A DNA stretch of 64,000 nt from assembly GCA_963797485.1 (NCBI GenBank), contig CAWCPF010000003.1, positions 934,552 to 998,551 on the forward strand. Reading direction: 5' to 3'. Made by a program: the position numbers and the translations under genes. The notes under the pieces are model-generated. The model worked only from the letters and a program-made list of their open reading frames with translations. It searched no databases and was not told the DNA's origin. The DNA is from an uncultured Chloroflexia bacterium. GTDB taxonomy: Bacteria > Chloroflexota > Anaerolineae > Anaerolineales > E44-bin32. Positions 51,826 to 62,403 of the stretch are shown piece after piece (the stretch's first letter is position 1; the number at the start of each line of letters is the position of its first letter).

Positions 51826-53198
51826 TCAAGCCAATTCGTCTCCCGCGCCAAAGCGTTGCACGATACGGGCTGTGTGCCGCACCCCGCGCACGAACTCGCT
51901 CACCAGGATGTGCTCATTCGGCGCGTGTATTCGCGCGCCGGGATAGCCAATTCCGGCCGTGGCGATGGGCACGTGCAAATTGGCGATGAAGGTGTGGACG
52001 GGACCCGAGCCGCCGACCAGAGGCTCAATCAATTGCGGCTGGCCATACACCTCGCGGGCCGTCTCCACCACCATTTGAAGAAAGGGGTTATCGGGGGGCG
52101 TGCGACCCGGCGGCTCCCCCGCCAGCCGGTGCACCTGGACGTCCCCAAAGCCTTGCGCCTGCAAATGGGTCTCGAGCTGCTCGAAGACCTCGTCCGGGTC
52201 TTGATCCGGGACCAGCCGGAAGTCCACTTTGGCCCTGGCTTCTGCCGGCAAGACCGTCTTGGTCCCCACGCCCTGATACCCGGAGGTCAGGCCGCAGATG
52301 GTGCAGGTGGGGGTGAAGACTTCCTCCCGGTGCAGGTCGAGCCCGCCTTCCAAACCCTTGATGAAGTGTTCGACTCCGTAGGTCTGCTTGTATTCATGCG
52401 AGACCTCCGGGAGCAGCTCCAAGAGTTCAAGATCCCGCCGCGCTCGGGGGCACCACCCGATCGTAGAAACCGGGAATGCGAATGCGCTCGTCGGGGCCCT
52501 TCAAGCTGGCAAGTGCCCACGTCAGGCGCCAGGCGGAGTTGGGGAAGATACCACCGCCCAGACCGGAATGGGCATCGAGGTCGGCCGTGTGGCTGGTCAA
52601 CTCCACATACAGGATGCCGCGCAGCCCGGCAGACTGAACCGGCCGGCCGTCGTGATCGACGCCGCCGAATTCCCAGATGCACGCATCCGCCGCCAGCCGA
52701 CCGGCATGCGTCTCGATGAACTCAGGCAGGTTCGGGCTGCCGATCTCTTCTTCGCCCTCGACGATGAACTTGACGCGGCAGGGCAGCTCGGGTTGGATCG
52801 CCAGGATGGCGTCCAGGGCGGCCAGGCGGCACACCAGGTGGCCCTTGTCGTCGCTGACTCCCCGGGCGTAAAGTTTGCCGTCCCGCAGGCTGGGTTCAAA
52901 CGGGGGTGTCTCCCAAAGCTCCAATGGCTCGGGGGGTTGGACGTCATAGTGGTTGTAAAACAGCAATGTCCGTTCGGATGTGCCGGCCCGCTCAGCTACC
53001 ACCACCGGCTGCCCGAGGCTGGGAAGGATCTCAACCTGGAAGCCGCGCGCCCTCGAGCATCTTGCCGACGAGCTCGGCACACGCGGACATGCCCAAATTC
53101 TGGGCGGCGATGCTCGGCTGTGCGCACAGGCGCTTGAGGCTTTCGAGCTGAGCCGGGAGCTGGGAATCGATGGCGGCGTCCAGAGGGGCGTTATCCAT
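51826..53198 (-). CDS. M20 family metallopeptidase/deacylase (apparent frameshifts)
   Basis: YNHYDVQP, ARGVSDDKG, EGEEEIGS, DAHSG, IHAPNE; N-terminus MDNAPLDAAID at 53198. Confidence 0.88.
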
Positions 53199-53287
53199 TA
53201 CAGAAGCTCCAAAGGTGTCACGGGGAGAGGCGGGCCAAATTGCGCCAGGTTAATTCTAACGCTAAAATCCCGGCACTTGGAGACCGC

Positions 53288-53920
53288 ATGCGCATACACG
53301 ATATCTCCCTGAATGTGGAAGAGGGGCTGCCCCAGTGGCCGGGGGATCCGCCTTTGCGTGTTGAACGCTGGGCTTCGATCGCCAAGGGCCAGCCGGCCAA
53401 CGTCTCCAAGTTGTCGGCCTGCGTGCACCTCGGAACGCATGTGGATGCGCCGCTGCATTTCATCAAAGATGGCGTCCCGGTTGAGCGACTGTCCTTGAAA
53501 GACCTGAATGGTCGAGCCTACGTGGTCCATCTGCCGCAGGCCAGCGTGCTCGACGAGGCCACCCTGACCCAGGCCGGCATCCCCGCCCGAACGCGCCGGG
53601 TGTTGTTCAAGACCCGCAACTCGAAGCTCTGGGCCCGGCGGGAGAAGCAGTTTCAGAGGGATTTTGTGGCCCTCGACCGGAGCGGGGCGCGCTGGCTGGT
53701 CAAGCGCGGCGTTCGCCTGGTGGGGATCGACTATCTCTCCGTGGCCACGTGGGACGATGCGGCCGAAACACACCGCATCTTGCTCGGCGCCGGGGTGGTG
53801 ATCGTCGAGGGGCTCGACCTTTCGTCGGTGGGTCCAGGTCGTTATGAGCTGCACTGCCTGCCCCTCAAGCTGGTGGGATGCGAGGGTGCCCCTGCCCGGG
53901 CGATCCTGATTGGCGTGTGA
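53288..53920 (+). CDS. Cyclase family protein (kynurenine formamidase-like)
   Basis: HLGTHVDAPLH, GIDYLS, IVEGL, GAPARAIL. Confidence 0.92.
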   Translation: MRIHDISLNVEEGLPQWPGDPPLRVERWASIAKGQPANVSKLSACVHLGTHVDAPLHFIKDGVPVERLSLKDLNGRAYVVHLPQASVLDEATLTQAGIPARTRRVLFKTRNSKLWARREKQFQRDFVALDRSGARWLVKRGVRLVGIDYLSVATWDDAAETHRILLGAGVVIVEGLDLSSVGPGRYELHCLPLKLVGCEGAPARAILIGV

Positions 53921-54008
53921 TATTCACTCGCGAGAGGCGAGGCCATGCCGGCCCCACGAGGTCTGATCTCGAGTTATATCGAAGGCGGTTCGGAAAGGAA
54001 ACCAGACC

Positions 54009-54398
54009 ATGACCGCATCACAACTCACCGTCCTGGCCATTGCCTTGGGAGTCATCCTGGGCGTGGTCGTGTTGATCTGGGCCCTGGCCTCCACACGGCG
54101 TATGGCCAAAGAGGACCACGCCCCGCCTGAATCGCTCGAGGCGCTGAAGGATGCTCGCATCGACCCTGGCGAAAGAGTCGCCAGCCCGATCGGCGAGGAA
54201 ATCGAGTTGCTTGTCAACGCCGAGCTCAAGTCGCACCCGGATCTGGCCAACCATCAGGTTGATTTCGCCACCGCCGGGGACGAATCGCTGACGTTCTGGG
54301 TGGACGGTGTGGCATACCATCAACTCGCCGACATCCCGGACGAGCGCATTCGGAATGCCGTGCGAGCCAGCGTGGAGAAATTCAACAAATCCTCATGA
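54009..54398 (+). CDS. Hypothetical membrane-anchored protein
   Basis: N-terminal TM helix; AAAGGAA RBS; ATGA overlap with the next gene. Confidence 0.75.
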   Translation: MTASQLTVLAIALGVILGVVVLIWALASTRRMAKEDHAPPESLEALKDARIDPGERVASPIGEEIELLVNAELKSHPDLANHQVDFATAGDESLTFWVDGVAYHQLADIPDERIRNAVRASVEKFNKSS

Positions 54399-55303
54399 CC
54401 GCCGCCACCGGGGACCGGCTGCGGCTGGCAGGCATTTACCCGCCGATCCCAACTCCCTTTGACGAGGACGGCGAGCTGCATCTGAAGGCGCTCCAGGAGA
54501 ACCTGGCTCGATGGGGGGCGGAACCGCTTCAAGGTCATGTCGTGGGCGGTTCGAATGGGGAGTTTGTGCTGCTCTCCCCCGATGAGCGCCTGGCGGTCGT
54601 CGGGGTGGCCCGCGAGGCAATCCCCGCCGACCGGCTTTTGATTGCCGGCGCGGGGGCCGAGTTGACCCGGCTGACCCTCGAACTGGCCGAACGGATGGCG
54701 GCTCTCGGCGCGGACGCCCTGCTGGTGGTCACGCCCAGCTACTACAAGGGCCATATGACGGCCGGCGCGCTGGTCGAGCATTTCGTCCAGGTGGCTGACC
54801 GCTCGCCGGTGCCGGTCGTGCTCTACAACGTCCCGGCCAACACCGGACTTAACATACCCATCGAGGCGGTCGTGGAGCTGGCCGGCCACCCCAATATCGC
54901 CGGGCTGAAGGACAGCGGAGGCGACATCGTCCGCATCGCCAGCCTGATCGCTGAGGCGCCGGATGGTTTTCAAGTGCTGGCCGGATCGGCCAGCTTCTTT
55001 CTGCCGGCCTTGAGTGTCGGGGCGGTCGGCTGTGTGCCGGCCCTGGGCAACCTGGCGGCGGCTCAACTCGCTCAATTGCTGTCTCACTTTCGCGCCGGGG
55101 AAGAGGCGGAAGCGGCGGCCATCCAGCACCGGCTGATGGCCCCCAATCGCGCCGTCACCAGCCAGTACGGAGTGGCAGGGCTCAAAGCGGGTTTGGAAAT
55201 GCGCGGGTTCTATGGGGGACCGGTCCGGGGCCCGCTCCGGCCGCTCACTCCGCCGGAACGCGCCGACCTCGAACACACTCTGAGCCAAGCTGGTCTGATC
55301 TGA
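54395..55303 (+). CDS. DHDPS-family aldolase, 4-hydroxy-2-oxoglutarate aldolase (HOGA1)-like
   Basis: GIYPPIPTPF, GSNGEF, LYNVPANTG, GLKDSGGD, FQVLAGSA. Confidence 0.85.
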   Translation: MTAATGDRLRLAGIYPPIPTPFDEDGELHLKALQENLARWGAEPLQGHVVGGSNGEFVLLSPDERLAVVGVAREAIPADRLLIAGAGAELTRLTLELAERMAALGADALLVVTPSYYKGHMTAGALVEHFVQVADRSPVPVVLYNVPANTGLNIPIEAVVELAGHPNIAGLKDSGGDIVRIASLIAEAPDGFQVLAGSASFFLPALSVGAVGCVPALGNLAAAQLAQLLSHFRAGEEAEAAAIQHRLMAPNRAVTSQYGVAGLKAGLEMRGFYGGPVRGPLRPLTPPERADLEHTLSQAGLI

Positions 55304-55320
55304 ACCCCCCAGGGGGGGAT

Positions 55321-56700
55321 TCACAACTGGCCGGACCTCTCCCAGGTTTCCAGCAGAGTTAGATACTCAGGGTCCTGATAACGATCCGGCGAGAACCAGC
55401 CGGCATACTCCGGCAGCGGACTGCGAGTGACGTGGGCGGCCACCAGCTCGCCGGCGGCCGGGGAAGACATCATCCCGTACCCCGAAAGCGCGCCGATCAC
55501 GTACGCGCCCTCGACCGGCAGCGGGCCAGCCAGTAGCCGGTTCTCGGTCGTCTTCACATAATAGCCACCGTCGACGAACGGTCTGGGCATCTTGCCCACG
55601 TAACGCCTCAAGCCGGGGATCATGGTCGACAAACCGCGCAAAGTGACCTCCGGATACAGCACCTGATCGAAGGTCGGCGGAAATACCGGATGGACCGGAT
55701 CCAGGTCGTAGGTCCACAACATCAGCACGATGGGGCTGCCTGACGAACCCTCCGGGCGCATGTGGACACCGGCCGGCATCGTCTCCAGCAGCCACGCCGT
55801 CTCGGGGTCCTCCGCCAGCGCCTGGTGCTCCTCCGGCGTCCAATCCAGCCGCTGGGCGTCGCCCCAGATGACCAAGGGGGCGTGGCGCGGGATGACGCCC
55901 TGCGGATCGGCCATCGCGACTTTGGCGTGCAGCTCGCAATAAATGGGCAGGTCCAGGCCGAGCATCGCCCCGACCTGGCCGGCTTTGGGACCTGCGGCAA
56001 CCACGAAGCGCTCGGTGGACAGGGTGAGATCCTGGCCGCCGCCAATGTGCACGGCCTGGACGCGTGTGTCAATGTCGACGGATTCGACCCGGCCGCTCAC
56101 CAGGCGCGCCCCATGGGCACGCGCTTGTGCCAGGAGCCACGCCCCGAGCTGTTGGCCGCTGAACCAGCCGCACCGCCTGGCGTGCAGGACGGCGATGGTC
56201 GAAGGAGTCAGATAGGGGAAATGTGCCTGGATCAAACCAGGGTCGAGCATCAGATCGGCGCCCGTCATGTGAGCGGGGTAGCCTTCGGACGGCGCAGGCT
56301 CGTAGGTGGGATCGCCGGCCTGGCCGCGATAAATGCGGAGCGGTCCGGCACCGTGAGCCTCGGCGTCGCGGCTGATGGCCAGGTACTCGTCAGCCTTGGC
56401 TGGATCTGCGGTGGCGAACAAATAGCCGCGGCGGTTAAGCTGGATGGCGTTGCGGGTCTCATCGGCCCAGCCCTCCAGCAAATCGATGCTGCGGTTCATC
56501 AGCGCCACCATGCCGTCGCCCGGGCCCGGCCACCAGTTGCGGTAGCACTCGGTCGATTTGTCGCTGGTCAGGCTCATGGAAGGCAGCTCATCGACCAGGA
56601 CCACGTTCTTGACGCCGTGCCTGACGGTCAGGTGATACGCGGTGGAAATGCCGGCCATCCCGGCGCCGCAGATGACCACATCGGCCGATTCACGGCTCAT
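55321..56700 (-). CDS. FAD-dependent oxidoreductase (DAO/sarcosine oxidase beta-like)
   Basis: VICGAGMAG, VVAAGP, GGYY, ALSGYGMM. Confidence 0.88.
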   Translation of the reverse strand: MSRESADVVICGAGMAGISTAYHLTVRHGVKNVVLVDELPSMSLTSDKSTECYRNWWPGPGDGMVALMNRSIDLLEGWADETRNAIQLNRRGYLFATADPAKADEYLAISRDAEAHGAGPLRIYRGQAGDPTYEPAPSEGYPAHMTGADLMLDPGLIQAHFPYLTPSTIAVLHARRCGWFSGQQLGAWLLAQARAHGARLVSGRVESVDIDTRVQAVHIGGGQDLTLSTERFVVAAGPKAGQVGAMLGLDLPIYCELHAKVAMADPQGVIPRHAPLVIWGDAQRLDWTPEEHQALAEDPETAWLLETMPAGVHMRPEGSSGSPIVLMLWTYDLDPVHPVFPPTFDQVLYPEVTLRGLSTMIPGLRRYVGKMPRPFVDGGYYVKTTENRLLAGPLPVEGAYVIGALSGYGMMSSPAAGELVAAHVTRSPLPEYAGWFSPDRYQDPEYLTLLETWERSGQL

Positions 56701-56761
56701 GCGCTTGACCGATGGGGAGGCTCGAGCGCGCAAGCCGGGCCGGGAAGCGGTCGAGAAGGGG

Positions 56762-57283
56762 TCATGGCGCAGCCGTGTCCGAGGCAACCGCCTTGAGGGC
56801 CGCAGTCAGCTTGGGCCGCGGGGTGAGATCCGCCCCTCGTGCCAGGCGGCGGGCAATCGAGTCTAGCGGCTCTCCGGTCACCGGGTGGAGCGCTTCCGGG
56901 GCGGCCTCGGCTGCCACGACGGCCAGGTACGGTCGAAGAAGCAGGTCGGGATCCGGCAGGGGATGGGCGGGGTCATCTTCGATCACGGAATCCCATAGAC
57001 ACACGTCGAGATCGACCGTGCGCGGCGCGTACTCGTCATCGCCATGGCGCCGTCCAAGCCGGTCCTCAATAGCCCGCAAGGTTTGGCGCAGGTCGGCCAG
57101 GGCCAGGTCCGTCTCGAGCCTGATGGCGGCGTTGACGAAATTCGGCTGGCCCGACGGGCCGACGGCCGGATTCTCGTAGGCGGCCGACAGCCCGCGGATG
57201 CGACCCAGGTCGGCGAGCGCCTGGACGGCCAGGGGCAGATTGACCTCCGGCTCGACATTGGAGCCCAGGGCGATGATGGCCAT
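56762..57283 (-). CDS. folK: 2-amino-4-hydroxy-6-hydroxymethyldihydropteridine diphosphokinase
   Basis: IALGSN, PNFVNAA, IEDRLGR, APRTVDLD. Confidence 0.9.
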   Translation of the reverse strand: MAIIALGSNVEPEVNLPLAVQALADLGRIRGLSAAYENPAVGPSGQPNFVNAAIRLETDLALADLRQTLRAIEDRLGRRHGDDEYAPRTVDLDVCLWDSVIEDDPAHPLPDPDLLLRPYLAVVAAEAAPEALHPVTGEPLDSIARRLARGADLTPRPKLTAALKAVASDTAAP

Positions 57284-57284
57284 C

Positions 57285-57653
57285 TCACTCAAAGTCGCCC
57301 GCCTGGCGCTCGATTTCAACCCCCACCGAGCGCGCAAACCGCACCGCGCCGGGCTTCTCGGCGCGGACGCGCACGCGCCAGACACGTGGGAATCCCAGGC
57401 ACAATTGCGCAAGCTGGGCGGCCAGTGCCTCCAGGGTGAGAGGCTGGTGGTTCTTCACATGCTCAATGACCGCTTTAGCCACCGTCCGGTAGCTGACCGT
57501 GTCATCGATCTTGTCGCTGGCGCCGGCGGGTTTTAGGTCGGTGAACAGCGTCAGGTTGATGACGATGTTCTGTTCGATGTCGCGTTCCCAATCGTTGACG
57601 CCAATCACGCCGCGCACCAGCAGATCCACAATCTCGATTTTGTCTTCCGCCAT
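57285..57653 (-). CDS. folB: Dihydroneopterin aldolase
   Basis: GVIGVNDWER, DDTVSY, LEALA, EKPGA. Confidence 0.88.
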   Translation of the reverse strand: MAEDKIEIVDLLVRGVIGVNDWERDIEQNIVINLTLFTDLKPAGASDKIDDTVSYRTVAKAVIEHVKNHQPLTLEALAAQLAQLCLGFPRVWRVRVRAEKPGAVRFARSVGVEIERQAGDFE

Positions 57654-57666
57654 CCTGGGACGCTCC

Positions 57667-58410
57667 TTAGACGAGGTGCCGCCCGCCGTCGACATACACG
57701 ATTTGGCCGGTCATGTAGTCCGGTCCGGCGACCAAAAACATCAGCCCCTCGACGGCCTCAGCCACGCTGCCCCACCGGCCGGCGGGCACACCCTGGATGG
57801 GTTTGTCGGCTGCCTCCGGCCCGAGGTCGCTGGGAGGCAGAATGGCCCCCAGTGCCAACGCGTTGACGCGCAAGGAGGGAGCGTACGCCAGCGCCAGACT
57901 GCGCGTGGCGGCCGCCAGCCCGGCCTTGCTGATGGTGTAGGGCACGTGGTCCGCGCCGGGATGGAGCGCCCGCCAGTCGAGGACGTTGACCACTGAACCG
58001 GGACGGCCGGCCAGATGCCGGGCCAGGGCCTGGATCAGGAAGAAAGGCGCGGTCAGGTTGAGGCGCATGTGGCGCACCCAGGCGTCGAGGTCGGTGGTTT
58101 CGGCCGTGAGCGGCTCAAAGATCGAGGCGCTGTTGACCAGAATATCCAGGGCGTGCATCTCCCGGGCTACCCGGCTGATCAGGTCGATTGCCTGCTGGAC
58201 GTCCCCCAGGTCGGCTTGAAAAAGCTCGGCGCGCCGGCCCAGCGCGCGCGCCTGTGAGGCGGTCTGCTGCGCGCCGGAGTCCGAGCCATGGTAGTGGACT
58301 GCCAGATCGGCGCCGGACTGGGCCAATCCGAGCGCAAAGGCCTGACCGAGCCGGCGTCCCGAACCCGTCACCAGCGCCGTCCGCCCCGCCAGCGGTTTGT
58401 GATCGTCCAT
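57667..58410 (-). CDS. SDR, pteridine reductase/FolM-like
   Basis: TGSGRRLG, LVNSASIF, YTISK, VDGGRHL; located in the fol cluster. Confidence 0.85.
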   Translation of the reverse strand: MDDHKPLAGRTALVTGSGRRLGQAFALGLAQSGADLAVHYHGSDSGAQQTASQARALGRRAELFQADLGDVQQAIDLISRVAREMHALDILVNSASIFEPLTAETTDLDAWVRHMRLNLTAPFFLIQALARHLAGRPGSVVNVLDWRALHPGADHVPYTISKAGLAAATRSLALAYAPSLRVNALALGAILPPSDLGPEAADKPIQGVPAGRWGSVAEAVEGLMFLVAGPDYMTGQIVYVDGGRHLV

Positions 58411-58492
58411 AGGCTCCATTCTACAATCAACCGCCAGTCGTCGGCGGCAGCGCCTGTGGTAGGATGCGTGCACAAATTATCTGGAGGCCGGG

Positions 58493-59116
58493 ATGCACGA
58501 AATTGAAGCCGCCGCCGAACTCCTGGGCGGCATCGGGGTCGCCAAGAAAGAAATCGCCGACGCGGTCACCAGCCTCATCCAGGCCTTTGGCGAGGAGGTC
58601 ACTCGACCGGGGCTGGAAGACACGCCGCAGCGCGTGGCGCGCATGTATGACGAGCTGCTGGCCGGCTATCACGTCGATCCCAATGAGCTCATCAACGACG
58701 CCCTGTTCGACGTGGACTACTCCGATATGGTCGTGGTCAAGAATATCGAGTTCTACAGCCTGTGCGAGCATCACCTGATCCCGTTCATGGGGCGGGTCCA
58801 TGTGGCCTACATCCCATCCGACAAGATCATCGGCTTGTCGAAGATCCCCCGGGTGGTCGACTTGTTCAGCAAGCGGCTCCAGGTGCAGGAGCGCATGACC
58901 CGACAGATCGCCGACTTCCTGGACGCCGTTCTGAAGCCCATCGGGGTCGGGGTGGTGGTTGAAGCCTGGCACTTGTGCGCCGCCATGCGCGGCGTCAAGA
59001 AGGCCCACGCCGTCATGGTCACTAGTGCGTTATGCGGGACATTCCGCGAGAACTCGAAGACACGCCAGGAATTCCTGGAGCACGTCAGCCGGTCGGGCCC
59101 CGAGTTCTCGATCTAG
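58493..59116 (+). CDS. folE: GTP cyclohydrolase I
   Basis: TPQRVA, SLCEHHLIPF, GLSK, RLQVQER, HLCAAMRG. Confidence 0.96.
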   Translation: MHEIEAAAELLGGIGVAKKEIADAVTSLIQAFGEEVTRPGLEDTPQRVARMYDELLAGYHVDPNELINDALFDVDYSDMVVVKNIEFYSLCEHHLIPFMGRVHVAYIPSDKIIGLSKIPRVVDLFSKRLQVQERMTRQIADFLDAVLKPIGVGVVVEAWHLCAAMRGVKKAHAVMVTSALCGTFRENSKTRQEFLEHVSRSGPEFSI

Positions 59117-59196
59117 CCCGGGCCCCGCGCCCCCGGCCCCCGTCCCCATAGGTGACATTCGTTACTTGGCCGAGCAGAGCCCCCGGTCTACCCTGT

Positions 59197-59214
59197 TTGT
59201 GCCCTTTTTCACAA
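59197..59214. promoter_or_regulatory. Putative Rex operator upstream of cydA
   Basis: TTGTGCCCTTTTTCACAA; cydAB is a classical Rex target. Confidence 0.65.
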
Positions 59215-59257
59215 ATAGAGCCTGTTGCCCATCTCCGTCGGGCGGGGAGGATTCCGC

Positions 59258-60623
59258 ATGGATGCCCTCACACTGGCGCGCCTGCAGTTCGCCCTCACGG
59301 CCACCTTCCATTTCTTTTTGGTGCCACTTACGCTCGGCCTGTCGCTGCTGGTGGCGTTGATGGAGACCCTGTACGTCGCCAAGGGCGACGAGTTGTATCT
59401 GCGCATGACGCGCTTCTGGGGCAAGCTGTTCGTGATCAACTTCGCCGTCGGGGTGGTGACGGGAATCGTCCTCGAGTTCCAGTTCGGCATGAACTGGGCA
59501 GAGTACGCCCGGTTCATGGGCGACATCTTCGGGGCCCCCTTGGCGATCGAAGCCCTGCTGGCCTTCTTCCTGGAGTCCACATTTCTGGGCGTATGGATTT
59601 TCGGCTGGCAGCGGGTCTCCAAACGCGTCCACTTGATGTCGATCTGGCTTGTGGCCCTGGGATCGAATTTGTCGGCGTTGTGGATCCTGATCGCCAACTC
59701 CTTCATGCAGGAACCTGTCGGGTACGCGCTGCGGGGCGGCAGGGTCGAGATGGTGGATTTCTGGGCGCTGCTCACCAACCCCCATGTCTGGGTTCAGTTT
59801 CCACATGTCCTGGCGGCGGCTATGGCGACGGCCGCGTTTTTCGTCCTGGGCATCAGCGCCTATCACCTGTGGAAGCGGTCACCCCGGCTGGAAGTCTTCG
59901 ACCGATCCTTTCGCTGGGCCGCCGTCTACGCCGTGCTGGCCACCTGCCTGGTGATCATCATCGGACACAGCCAGGCGCAGCACATGGTCAAAACCCAGCC
60001 GATGAAGATGGCGGCCGCCGAGGCTCTCTGGGAGAGCCAGGACCCGGCCTCATTCTCACTCATCACGATTGGCAATGAGCCTGAGCTGCGGGACGTCTTC
60101 GCCATCCGCATCCCGGCGCTGCTTAGCATTTTGGCCTACAACCAGCCGGAGGGAGAAGTCAAAGGAATCCGCAATCTTCAGGCCGAGTACGCGGCGACGT
60201 ATGGCCCGGGCAACTACATCCCACCGGTGGCGGTCAGCTACTGGTCGTTCCGGCTGATGGCTGGAGCCGGGTTCTTGATGCTGGCGGCGGCCCTGTGGGC
60301 GCTGTCCCGAGTTCCTCCGGGGCAAGATGTCGGAACCCACCCGCTGGATGCGGTTCTTGTCGTTGGCCATCGCCTTGCCCTATCTGGCCAACACCATGGG
60401 CTGGATGTTCACCGAAGTGGCACGCCAGCCATGGATCGTGTTTGGGCTCCTTCGGACCGCCGATGGGGTGTCCAAGAGCGTGACCACCGGCGAGGTGCTG
60501 GTCTCGCTGGTCGTCTTCACCGGGATCTATCTGTCGCTCTTCGGAGCGGACGCCTTTCTGCTGGTCAAGTTTGCCCGGGCTGGCGCCGAGGCGGGGTCTC
60601 TCGCTGAGGCAGAGCCCGCGTAA
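59258..60623 (+). CDS. cydA: Cytochrome bd ubiquinol oxidase subunit I (frameshift near 60310)
   Basis: LARLQFA, FHFFLVP, EFQFGMNW, QPMKMAAAE, then GWMFTEVARQPW in the next frame. Confidence 0.93.
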
Positions 60624-60643
60624 GGCCCTCAAGGAGGCGTGGC

Positions 60644-61657
60644 ATGGACCTCAACACTGTCTGGTTCGTGTTGATTGCGGTGCTGTTCATTGGGTTCTTC
60701 TTCCTTGAAGGTTTCGACTATGGCGTCGGGATTCTGCTGCCCGTGCTCGGCCGGACCGATCGTGAGCGGCGGACGATTATCAACACCATCGGGCCGTTCT
60801 GGGATGCCAACGAAGTGTGGCTGATCACCGCCGGCGGAGCCATGTTTGCCGCCTTTCCCAATTGGTATGCCACCATGTTCAGCGGGTTCTATCTTCCGCT
60901 GGTGTTAATGCTGGCGGCGCTCATCGTTCGGGGGGCGGCCTTTGAGTTCAGGTCCAAGCATGAGACGGCGAGCTGGCGGGGCACGTGGGACAGCCTGATC
61001 TTCGCCGGCAGCCTGGTGCCGGCCATCTTGTGGGGCGTGGCGCTGGGAAACCTGCTCCTCGGGGTGCCGATAGACTCGAGCATGACCTACACCGGCGGCG
61101 TCTTCAACCTGCTCAACCCCTATGCCCTGGCCTGGGGCCTCACGACCCTGATCGTTTTCACACTTCAGGGCGCTATCTTCCTCAGTTTGCGGACCGACGG
61201 TGAGCTGGCGGAATCGGCCGCGAGCTGGGCGCAGAGAATCTGGCCGGCGGCGGTCGTGGTGGGCGCGGTTTCCGTCGGCGCGGGCTACTTCGTGACCGAT
61301 ATGTTCGCCCGCCTGGGCGTGGATCCGGGCGTGGTCCCGCTGGGCGCGGGAGCGGCCATGCTGGCGGCCGGCTGGCTAATTCGCAATCGTCACATGGGCT
61401 GGGCGTTCGGTATGACCGGGCTGTCGATCGTATTGTCCACCTTGACCATCTTCATCGGCCTGTATCCGCGAGTCATGGTTTCGAGCCTCGGGGCCGACCT
61501 CAGTCTTACCATCTACAATGCCGCCTCCAGCGCCTACACACTCAAAGTCATGTCCTGGGTGGCGCTTGGGTTGCTGCCTTTTGTGCTTCTGTACCAGGGC
61601 TGGTCGTATTGGACCTTTCGGCGGCGCCTGACGTCGGAGACGCCTCTCGAGTACTGA
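60644..61657 (+). CDS. cydB: Cytochrome bd ubiquinol oxidase subunit II
   Basis: LEGFDYGVG, PFWDANEVWL, AFEFR. Confidence 0.95.
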   Translation: MDLNTVWFVLIAVLFIGFFFLEGFDYGVGILLPVLGRTDRERRTIINTIGPFWDANEVWLITAGGAMFAAFPNWYATMFSGFYLPLVLMLAALIVRGAAFEFRSKHETASWRGTWDSLIFAGSLVPAILWGVALGNLLLGVPIDSSMTYTGGVFNLLNPYALAWGLTTLIVFTLQGAIFLSLRTDGELAESAASWAQRIWPAAVVVGAVSVGAGYFVTDMFARLGVDPGVVPLGAGAAMLAAGWLIRNRHMGWAFGMTGLSIVLSTLTIFIGLYPRVMVSSLGADLSLTIYNAASSAYTLKVMSWVALGLLPFVLLYQGWSYWTFRRRLTSETPLEY

Positions 61658-61821
61658 TCATCAGTTCTGGACGAGGATGCCCCGGGGTTTGGTGCAGCGG
61701 GCCGCCCACCCGGGGTGCTCCCCAACCATTGGTTCCGTCTCTCCTGCGGTTCTCCCGCGGGCAACCCATCTCTCCCATTCAGTTACCTGAGCCAAGTGTG
61801 CTAGTCTGCGGTCATTCGGGC

Positions 61822-61847
61822 TGTAACGAAGTGGAGCTGCCTTCGTT
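61822..61847 (+). promoter_or_regulatory. Putative ECF-type (autoregulatory) promoter
   Basis: TGTAAC-16bp-CGTT directly upstream of the ECF sigma gene; spacing to the ATG is unusually short. Confidence 0.4.
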
Positions 61848-61850
61848 CTC

Positions 61851-62403
61851 ATGAGTGACCAAGATCGCAGTGCGCAACCGGACGACGAGCTGGTCGCCCT
61901 GGCCAAGAAGGGTGATTGGCAGGCATTCGGGGTGCTTTACGAACGCTACGCGGATCAGCTCTACCGCTACGTGCGAACCCGCATCCAAGGCGATCAGGAC
62001 GCCGAGGACCTAACCGAAAACGTCTTCGTGCGCTCGTTTAAGTCATTGGGCTCGTATGAAGAGCGCGGTTGGCCCTACTCGGCTTTTCTGTACAAAGTGG
62101 CCCGCAATCTGCTGGTCGACTACTATCGACAGGCTGTGAACCAGGAGTTGATAGATGAGCAAGGCGAGATGCAGACGTCCGAGCCCGGGTTGGAGGAGAG
62201 GCTGACTGACAGGGAAGAAGGACTCCGGGCGCAGCGGGCGCTCTCCAGGCTGCCTGCTGACTATCAGGAGATCATTCGGTTGCGAGTGTTGATGGATCTG
62301 CCGACCAGCACAGTGGCAATGTGGATGAATTCGAAGCGAGGGCGCCGTCAGGGTGCTGCTTCATCGAGCCCTGAAGGCGCTGCGACAGGAATCTCAGTTA
62401 TGA
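61851..62403 (+). CDS. ECF sigma-70 factor (frameshift near 62330)
   Basis: AFGVLYERY, DAEDL, FLYKVARN, LSRLPADYQEII; region 4 ends SEGAVRVLLHRALKALR* in the shifted frame. Confidence 0.88.
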
